From an uncultured Acidobacteriota bacterium (GTDB lineage: Bacteria > Acidobacteriota > Thermoanaerobaculia > Multivoradales > UBA5704): a stretch of 64,000 nucleotides of DNA. Numbering within the stretch: position 1 is the stretch's first letter; each line of letters starts with the position of its first letter. The stretch covers positions 1,792,001 through 1,856,000 of the forward strand of contig CAVYRF010000002.1 of NCBI GenBank assembly GCA_963770895.1, written 5' to 3'. Below are positions 57,134-64,000 of the stretch, one piece after another. The notes under the pieces were generated by a model that saw only the letters and a program-made list of their open reading frames with translations, was not told where the DNA came from and ran no database searches. A program made the translations under genes and the position numbers.

Positions 57134-58488
57134 GCGGGCTCTGCCCTGCCGGCCTGGAGTGCCGCGTCGCCGGCGCCTCCCCACCAGGGCGGCTCGCCGC
57201 AGCCGCCCGCGACGATCGCCAAACCGGCCGCCTGGCCCATCAGGCCGCGCCCGCTGCACAGCATGCGCGCGCCGGGTGCCGCGCCACGTCGGGCCGCGAT
57301 GTCGCCGGCGTCGTCGCGGTCGCCTCGGTACAGGGCCAGGGCGATCGCGATGGGGCCTTGCGCCGCCAGCGCGTGGCCCAGGCGCGCCGCGGGATCGAAC
57401 CAGCCGTCGAGCGCGCACCCGATCGACGCCAGGGCTCGCCGCTCCAAGCCGTGCCGCGCGGCAGACGCCGCGCCGCCGCTGATCAGCCAGGCCACCGAGC
57501 CGCTGTCCCAACCGGCCGCCGCCAGCGCCCGGCAAGCGGCGCGCGCCAGGGCGGACCGCGCTGGCGGCGGCGTGTCCGGCGCGGCGATCTCAGCCATCTC
57601 GGTGATCTCAGCCATCTCGGCCAGCGAGGAATATCCCAGAATCTCGCCGAGGACCGGGGCGCCGCGCCGCAGGGCGCGCTCGCGCTCTTCGAGCACCAGC
57701 ACGGCGGCGCCCTCGGCGAGCGGCGGCGCCGCGCCGGCGGGGCCGGCGAACAGACCGCGCTGGCGGTAGCTGGCCTGGTTGAGCGCGGTGGTGCCGACGT
57801 CGGCGCCGCCGGCGAGAACCACGTCGGCTTCGCCCTGCTGGATCCACAGGCAGCCTTCGCCGATGGCCTGGATGCCCGCCACCCAGTCGGTCATCACCGT
57901 CGAGTTGGGTCCCTGCAGCCCGAACTGGATCGCGACGTGGGCGCTGGTCATGTTGGGCAGTTGCACCACCAGCCAGAGCGGGTGCAGGCGCGTCAGGATG
58001 CGCTCGGCGAAAAACGGGATGTCGCCGGCCGATCGTTCCGCGGCATCGCCGGCAAGCGCGTCCGCGAGGTCCTGCGGGCAGGGATCGGAGCCGGAGGTTC
58101 CCAGCACGACGCCAAAGTCCGGCTGCTCGGCGCCGTCGCCCAACCCGGCGTCCGCCAGCGCCATCGCCGCCGCGGCGACCGCCAGCCGGGTGCGGCGGTC
58201 GCAAACCTTGATCGCCTTCGGCGTGCGGAAATAGCGGCGCACGTCGAGCTCCGGCACCGTCGTCGCCGGCGCCGCGCCGTCTCCCGCCGCGGCCATCCCT
58301 GCTGTCCCTGCCATCCCTGCGATCCCTGGAATCGCCGCCGGCGAGGATGCAACGCCGGCGGCGGTCTCGCCGCGCGCCAGGGCCCTGAGCGTCGACGCCA
58401 GGTCGACGCCGAGCGCCGTCACGGCGCCGACGCCGGTCACCACCACCCGGCGGCCCGCCGGCGCCGTGCCGCCCGCCACGTCACGCAT
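57130..58488 (-). CDS. Ketosynthase-like protein lacking catalytic residues (chain-length-factor-like)
   Basis: RRVVVTGVG and LPNMTSAHVAIQFGLQGPN; TAC replaced by TDW and no HGT motif. Confidence 0.82.
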   Translation of the reverse strand: MRDVAGGTAPAGRRVVVTGVGAVTALGVDLASTLRALARGETAAGVASSPAAIPGIAGMAGTAGMAAAGDGAAPATTVPELDVRRYFRTPKAIKVCDRRTRLAVAAAAMALADAGLGDGAEQPDFGVVLGTSGSDPCPQDLADALAGDAAERSAGDIPFFAERILTRLHPLWLVVQLPNMTSAHVAIQFGLQGPNSTVMTDWVAGIQAIGEGCLWIQQGEADVVLAGGADVGTTALNQASYRQRGLFAGPAGAAPPLAEGAAVLVLEERERALRRGAPVLGEILGYSSLAEMAEITEMAEIAAPDTPPPARSALARAACRALAAAGWDSGSVAWLISGGAASAARHGLERRALASIGCALDGWFDPAARLGHALAAQGPIAIALALYRGDRDDAGDIAARRGAAPGARMLCSGRGLMGQAAGLAIVAGGCGEPPWWGGAGDAALQAGRAEPA

Positions 58489-59581
58489 CGCCAGATGATC
58501 CGCTCCCATCCGGGCCGGCGGGGCCGGCGGCGGGCGCCGTGCCGCGCTCCAGGGCTCCCTCCAGGGCGGCGCAGCGCCGCTCCAGCGCCGCGATCCGCCG
58601 GCGCTGCTCCGGCAGCCGCCCGATCAGCGGGTAGGCGCGCCGCGCCTCGCTGGCGGCGATGGCCGGCGCCCCGAACCATTCGCCGCTGGCCAGGTCGCGG
58701 GTGACGCCGGCCTGCGCGCCGACCACCGTGTCGGGGGCCAGCTGGACGTGAGGAACCACGCCGGCCTGCCCCAGGAGCTTGGAGCGCGCGCCGATCTGGA
58801 CACTGCCCGAAATGCCGACCTGAGCCACCAGGCAGCTGTGCTCGCCGACGCTGCTGTTGTGGCCGACGTGCACCAGGTTGTCCAACTTGACGCCGGCCGC
58901 CAGCACGGTCGCGGCGAGCGTGCCGCGGTCGATGGTGCAGTTGGCGCCGATCTCCACGTCGTCGCCGATTTCGACGCCGCCGATCTGCGGCACCTTGAGC
59001 AGGCTGCCGTCGGCCTGCGGCTGGTAGCCGAAGCCGTCGCTGCCCACCACCGCGCCGGCGTGGATGCGCACCCGCCGCCCCACCCTGGTGCCGGGGTAGA
59101 GCGTGACGTGGGGAAAGATGACGCTGTCTTCGCCGATCACGACGTCCTCGCCGACAACCGCGTTGGCGTGGATCTCGACGCCGGCGGCCAACCGCGCGCC
59201 GGCACCGACGACGGCTCCGGCGGCGACGTGGACGCCGGGCGCCAGGGTCGCCGCCGGATCGACATGGGCCGCCGCCGCGACGCCGCTGCGGCGCCTCTCC
59301 GGGTGGAGCAGGTGGAGGAGGCTGACGAACGCCCGCTGCGGGTCGGCCAGCCGGATCACCGCCGCCGCTTGCACCGGCGTGTCGACATCGTCGGCCAACA
59401 CCAGCGCCGCGGCCGAGCTCGCCAGGTGGCGCAGCACGCGCGGATGGAAGACCACCGCGATGTCGTGCGCCGCGGCAGTCTCCGGCGGCTGCACGCGCAC
59501 GATGCGCAGGTCGGGGTCGCCTTCGAGGCGCCCCGCCAAGTGGTCGGCGATCTCGCGCAGCGACAGGCCCGGTTCGGTCAC
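58481..59581 (-). CDS. lpxD: UDP-3-O-acyl-glucosamine N-acyltransferase
   Basis: Hexapeptide repeats; GSDGFGY, KVPQIGGVEIGDDVEIGANCTIDRG and KLDNLVHVGHN. Confidence 0.93.
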   Translation of the reverse strand: MTEPGLSLREIADHLAGRLEGDPDLRIVRVQPPETAAAHDIAVVFHPRVLRHLASSAAALVLADDVDTPVQAAAVIRLADPQRAFVSLLHLLHPERRRSGVAAAAHVDPAATLAPGVHVAAGAVVGAGARLAAGVEIHANAVVGEDVVIGEDSVIFPHVTLYPGTRVGRRVRIHAGAVVGSDGFGYQPQADGSLLKVPQIGGVEIGDDVEIGANCTIDRGTLAATVLAAGVKLDNLVHVGHNSSVGEHSCLVAQVGISGSVQIGARSKLLGQAGVVPHVQLAPDTVVGAQAGVTRDLASGEWFGAPAIAASEARRAYPLIGRLPEQRRRIAALERRCAALEGALERGTAPAAGPAGPDGSGSSGDA

Positions 59582-60897
59582 GGCGCCCCCGCCTCGAAGC
59601 GGGCGCGCCCCACCGGCCACGCGGCGCCGGCGGCGGCGCGCTGGGAGGCGCGGTGCAGCACCCACTCGGCGACGCGGCCGGCGGAGCCTTCACCCGACAC
59701 CTGGGCCGCCGCCTCGGCAAGCGCCGCGCGCTGGGTTTCGCGCCGCTCGCGGCTGGCCAGCAGCGCGCCCGCGGCGCTCGCCACCCGCTCGCCGGTGACC
59801 GCCCCTTGCAGCAGCTCCGGCACCGCGGCGCGGCGCAGCAGCAGGTTGGGGATCCCCACTCTCTCGGTGGCCAGCAGCCGCAGCGCCTGGCTGAGCCGCA
59901 CCGTCGCCAGGGAGAGCATTCCGATGTTGCACACGATGACCATCGGCACCCTCAGCAAAGTCGCCTCCAGGCAGGCTGTGCCCGAGGCGATGACCAGCAG
60001 GTCGCTGGCCCGCATGGCCAGGTGGCTGTCGCTGGTGAGCGTGACGTGTTGCCGCAGTCCGTGCGCCGCGATGCGGCTGCCGATCTCTGCGGCAAGGTGA
60101 GGCTCGGCGACGGGGAGCACGAACGCGCGCCGCGGGTCGTCGCGCAGCAACCGCGCCGCGGCGTCGAGCAGCGCCGGCAGCAGCGCGCGCACCTCTTGCG
60201 TCCGGCTTCCCGGCAGCAGCCCGACGATCGCCGGGGCGCTGTCGCCGGCGCCTGCAGCTCCGCCCACCTCGCCGGCTCCGCCCTGGCCGGCAACGTCCCC
60301 GGCAGCACCGGCGCTGCCGGCGCTGCCGGCGCCAAGCCCCAGCGCGGCCCTGGCGGCGGCGCGGTCCGCGGCCTCCACCGGGCTCAATTCGTCACACAGG
60401 TAGTGGCCGACAAACGTCGTCTCCACGCCGCGCCCCGCGTAGACTTCCTGTTCTTCGCCGAAGCAGGTCAGCACGGAGTCGAAGCTGCGAGCCATCGGGC
60501 CGGCAAAGACCCGCCACAGCCACACCTGGGGCGGAAAGTACGAGATTGCCGGCACTCCCTGGCGCCGCAGCCAGCGGGCCAGCGCGACGTGGAACAGGTC
60601 GTAACCGATCAGCAGTGCCGCATGGGGGCGCTCGTCGCGCACCCGGCGTCGCAGCGCGCGCACCATCGCGGCGAGCGCCGGCAGGGTGCTGAACGGCTCG
60701 GAGACGCCCACCGAAGCCAGGCGGCTGGAATCGACGTCGATCGCCACCCCGGCCGCGCGCATCCGCTTGCCGCCGACGCCGGCCAGCCGGGTGTCCGGCG
60801 CGCGGCGCAGGATCTCGGCCGCCACGCGCGCCCCCGCCGCGTCGCCCGAGACCTCGCCGGCGCTCATCAGGATACGAGCCGCTGGGACCTGGGTCAC
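59578..60897 (-). CDS. lpxB: Lipid A disaccharide synthase
   Basis: AGEVSGD, PPQVW, FVGH, LLPGSRTQEV, SGTACLE and GIPNLL; GTG start with a GAGG RBS. Confidence 0.9.
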   Translation of the reverse strand: MTQVPAARILMSAGEVSGDAAGARVAAEILRRAPDTRLAGVGGKRMRAAGVAIDVDSSRLASVGVSEPFSTLPALAAMVRALRRRVRDERPHAALLIGYDLFHVALARWLRRQGVPAISYFPPQVWLWRVFAGPMARSFDSVLTCFGEEQEVYAGRGVETTFVGHYLCDELSPVEAADRAAARAALGLGAGSAGSAGAAGDVAGQGGAGEVGGAAGAGDSAPAIVGLLPGSRTQEVRALLPALLDAAARLLRDDPRRAFVLPVAEPHLAAEIGSRIAAHGLRQHVTLTSDSHLAMRASDLLVIASGTACLEATLLRVPMVIVCNIGMLSLATVRLSQALRLLATERVGIPNLLLRRAAVPELLQGAVTGERVASAAGALLASRERRETQRAALAEAAAQVSGEGSAGRVAEWVLHRASQRAAAGAAWPVGRARFEAGAP

Positions 60898-61046
60898 TGC
60901 CTCATGATACCCAACAACAGGATCCGGTGCGGCGCCCGCTGCGCACCGGGCTGCCGCAAGGCGCTGCGCCGGCGATCGCCGACGCACGGCTGAGCCCCCT
61001 CAGGCCCGTCGCCTGAGGCTATGATGCGAAAAAAAGGAGCCCATGG

Positions 61047-61847
61047 ATGAGTGGAACATTGCTGCTGGTGAGAGTGCAGGCGCGTGGAGGCAAGTTTCTG
61101 GCGGACGACATCGGCGGCGCCGAAGTGATCGTGCGCGACGATCACAGCGGTGACATGCTGGGCAGTGCGGTGGTCCAAGGAGACTCCGGCACGCTGAGCA
61201 GCACCTATCAGGCCGCGGCCTCGCGCAACACGATGATCGTCCCCGCGTCACCGGTCAACCCGCAACCGATCGTGCAGTGGCTGGTGGCGGATGCCGGCTC
61301 CTCGGGACACCTGTTCAATCTGTCGCTGCAGCGTCCCACCCTGCTGCGCATCAGCGTCCTGGGGCCGGTTGGCGGCCTGCAGTCGGCGCAGCGGGTGACG
61401 ACCCACCTGTGGGCGGTGCCGGGGGTGAACAACAATCTCCCTCCGGTGCCGGTCGGCATGGTGATCGAGCTGCCGGGGCTGCTGGTAAATGTGATGCAAC
61501 CCGCGGTGCACGAGCCGCTCCCGCCCAACCCGAACACCAGGAACGTCGATTTCAAAGTGAAGGTCATGATGATGTGCGGCTGCCAGATCGCGGAGCCCAC
61601 CGCGCCGCCCAACCCCTGGCCGTGGATCTTCAGCGACTTTGACGTCAAGGTCGTGTTCACGCCGCTGAGCGGCGGCGCCGGGCCGCTGCCGGACCTCATC
61701 TTGGGCTACGACGGCGGCACCACCAGCACCTTTAGTGGCAGCCGCAGCGTCACGGGGCGCGGCTTTTACCAGGCGGCGATCACCGCGGTCCAGAAGAGCA
61801 CCGGCAACACCGGCACGGCAACCGTCACCTTTTACGTCACCACCTGA
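61047..61847 (+). CDS. Hypothetical protein with an MMCGC motif
   Basis: AAGGAG upstream, coding-like codon usage, beta-rich; function unknown. Confidence 0.7.
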   Translation: MSGTLLLVRVQARGGKFLADDIGGAEVIVRDDHSGDMLGSAVVQGDSGTLSSTYQAAASRNTMIVPASPVNPQPIVQWLVADAGSSGHLFNLSLQRPTLLRISVLGPVGGLQSAQRVTTHLWAVPGVNNNLPPVPVGMVIELPGLLVNVMQPAVHEPLPPNPNTRNVDFKVKVMMMCGCQIAEPTAPPNPWPWIFSDFDVKVVFTPLSGGAGPLPDLILGYDGGTTSTFSGSRSVTGRGFYQAAITAVQKSTGNTGTATVTFYVTT

Positions 61848-61975
61848 CGTGGAGGCGATTGCGGGCCGTCGCCCGCACCGATCCCGCGGCAGCGGCAGTC
61901 CGGCAAGCCATCGCCCCGCCGGCGATTCTCCGCGGGCGCCGGCCCGCATGGCGCGCGGCGCCCACTCCCGGCGGC

Positions 61976-62632
61976 CTACGGGGCCGGCCGGTGCGCCTGC
62001 TTTTGGCAATAGGTCTTGAGCGTGGCGAGCACGTGGGGCCAGTTCTTGTCGCGGAAGAGCGCGAAGCATTTGTCCCACTTCTCGCTGTGCGGGAAGCCGA
62101 AGTGCTGCAGGCGCACCACCGTCTGGCCGGGCTGACCGATCACCGGATCGATCTGGATCTCGACCCAGGTCGGGAACGGTTGCGTATTGAGCTCCGCGCC
62201 CAGCGGCGGGAACGTCCATTCGAACGCCACCGAATGGTTCGGTTCGAGACGCAGGACCCTGCACCCCCAGGTGCCGTACGCCCTGCCGTCAGGATCGTTC
62301 TGAGGATCGAACATCACCTGGTAACGGCCGCCCAGCCGGGAATCGATCGTTGCCGCCGGCGCCATGAAATGCATCACGCCTTCCGCCGTGGTCCACAGCC
62401 GATACACCTCCGCCGGGGTCGCCTCGACGGTAACGTCGAGCGAGATGCTCTGATCGGTCTTGCTCTTGGCCGCCCAGATCGCCCGCTCCGCCGCCACGGC
62501 AGGATCTTCCGCGACGGCAGCAGTCTGGGCCGCCGCCGCCCTGGGCTCAACGGAGGCGCCGGCGTGGAGCGCAGCGAACGCAAGCAGCACCCAGCCGCAG
62601 ACCAGCACCGAACCAGACAGTCTCTGGGCCAT
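61976..62632 (-). CDS. SRPBCC/AHSA1-like domain protein with a signal peptide
   Basis: VEATPAEVYRLWTTAEG, DSRLGGRY and VRLQHFGF...W. Confidence 0.82.
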   Translation of the reverse strand: MAQRLSGSVLVCGWVLLAFAALHAGASVEPRAAAAQTAAVAEDPAVAAERAIWAAKSKTDQSISLDVTVEATPAEVYRLWTTAEGVMHFMAPAATIDSRLGGRYQVMFDPQNDPDGRAYGTWGCRVLRLEPNHSVAFEWTFPPLGAELNTQPFPTWVEIQIDPVIGQPGQTVVRLQHFGFPHSEKWDKCFALFRDKNWPHVLATLKTYCQKQAHRPAP

Positions 62633-62842
62633 CGTCCGTTCTCCGATCAGGCCGGCCGCGAGCACCGGTGCTGCCTACCGCTTCGCGCGCCGGGAAGCTT
62701 GTGGATGCGTGGCAGCATAGCACCGGGCCTACCGCTGTTGCCGCGGTTCCAGGCGTCGACACGTCGAAGATGTTAGCCTGGATTGTCGATGCCTCGGCCC
62801 GCGCAGCGGCCGGCAACGGCAATCACAAGGGAGGAGTGAGCG

Positions 62843-63253
62843 ATGCTATCCGATCCGTCTGAAGTACCGGTCTCGAAGAAGGCGCTCTGGGTGGGGCGCA
62901 TCATCAGCGGCGTCGTGGCGCTGTTCCTGTTGTCGGCCGTGGTCATGGACCTCGTCAAGCCGCCCTCTGCCGTGCAGGGCATGGTCAAGTACGGGTATCC
63001 CGAGAGCTCAATGGTTGGCATTGGCATCGCCCTGCTGATCGGCGTGGTGCTCTACGTCGTTCCCCGCATGTCGGTGCTGGGCGCGATCGTGCTGACCGGC
63101 TACCTCGGTGGCGCGGTCTCCACTCACGTTCGCGCCGGCGATCCGGCCGGCCGCATCGTCGTCCCGGTGGTCTTCGGGCTACTTATCTGGGGCGGTATCT
63201 ATCTGCGCGACAACCGCCTGCGCGCGCTCGTGCCATTGCGTCGTCCGCGGTAG
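62843..63253 (+). CDS. DoxX family membrane protein
   Basis: GGAGGAG RBS; LYVVPRMSVLGAIVLTGYLGGAVSTHVRAG and GIYLRDNRLR. Confidence 0.88.
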   Translation: MLSDPSEVPVSKKALWVGRIISGVVALFLLSAVVMDLVKPPSAVQGMVKYGYPESSMVGIGIALLIGVVLYVVPRMSVLGAIVLTGYLGGAVSTHVRAGDPAGRIVVPVVFGLLIWGGIYLRDNRLRALVPLRRPR

Positions 63254-63515
63254 GTCCCAAGTCGGCTCCCCTCCCCCGGCCCGATCGCGGACGCGCCGCA
63301 AGGCGTGCCGCGGTCGGGGCAACAGGACAGCGGCGCCGGAGACAGCCTCCGATGCCCGGCGTCTCGCCGAACCTGCGGATCTGCGCCAGCTGCGGGCTCA
63401 GCTCGGCGAAGGCACGAGCTGAGCGGCTGAACCAGTTCTGGACTCACCTTTGAGACTGACCTGTCATTGGGCATGTCCAGCCAAGATCTCTTTGTGCACC
63501 GCCGCCGGTGGCAGT

Positions 63516-64000
63516 CTACGAGAGACTCATGGAGAACCTGCGATGTAGGAAGGCGAGTTGGCTCCCGATGTCCTGCACCCAACCTAATTGGAATCGACCA
63601 CCATACCCGCTGCCGACACCCGCCACCAGATGGCCCAAGACCTTGCCGCTTCCGTGCAAGGTGACTGCGGCTCCAGAGTCTCCCTGCCTTGCAAGCCATC
63701 GGGGGTCACCACATACGGTCCAGCAGTTTTCCCACACTTCCCCATGCCGACCCTGTTGCAGTGTCATCGCGCCGTAAACGAAACCATAACGAGAACCGCT
63801 GGCCCCGCCCAGCATAGTGCATCGGGGGAATACGCTCGCATCGCAGTCGCTTGGTTGACTGACTCCATGGTTCGCCAGCGATGCTGAACGCGACAGGGAA
63901 GCACGCGACTCCACGACCGCAATGTCGTATCCCTCAGCCTTGGGATCGCTCGCAGAGTTTGCCGCTACAACCACCATGTCGGGATGGTGCTCCCTTCCCT
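63516..64000 (-). CDS. Hypothetical protein, 5'-partial, trypsin-like
   Basis: Frame is open to the window edge; YDIAVVE and QGDSGA resemble trypsin Asp and Ser motifs; lower GC. Confidence 0.45.
   Translation of the reverse strand, partial: GREHHPDMVVVAANSASDPKAEGYDIAVVESRASLSRSASLANHGVSQPSDCDASVFPRCTMLGGASGSRYGFVYGAMTLQQGRHGEVWENCWTVCGDPRWLARQGDSGAAVTLHGSGKVLGHLVAGVGSGYGGRFQLGWVQDIGSQLAFLHRRFSMSLS

Overview
Very GC-rich bacterial DNA, probably Acidobacteriota (inferred from an ADOP-type permease, an IPTL-CTERM protein and expanded XRE-TPR regulators). Four blocks. (1) 1-30245: the right part of a hybrid PKS-NRPS lipopeptide cluster with AT-ACP-aminotransferase-LLM monooxygenase-C-C-A-T-E, C-A-T-TE, a SyrD-like exporter, a FAAL-PKS, an ADOP permease, a TauD dioxygenase, an LLM monooxygenase and an AsnB-like enzyme. 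(2) 30242-37534: an array of XRE-HTH/TPR regulators interleaved with two paralogous 90-aa secreted peptides ending TD[DE]GSA[AP]DPYGG. This is a candidate RRNPP-like peptide signalling system and the most novel signal in the window. (3) 37626-41293: DinB, a hypothetical gene and a PAS hybrid kinase. (4) 41404-60897: a lipid A/LPS island with two ArnT-like genes, MsbA, WaaA, LpxL, DUF374, a KS/KS-like pair with an insertion-bearing ACP, LpxD and LpxB. Within it a waaA-lpxL segment is duplicated around a tyrosine recombinase and a convergent RelE/antitoxin pair, each copy losing a different gene. Small accessory genes follow. No rRNA, tRNA or CRISPR array was seen. All functional calls come from motifs read by eye, with no database search.
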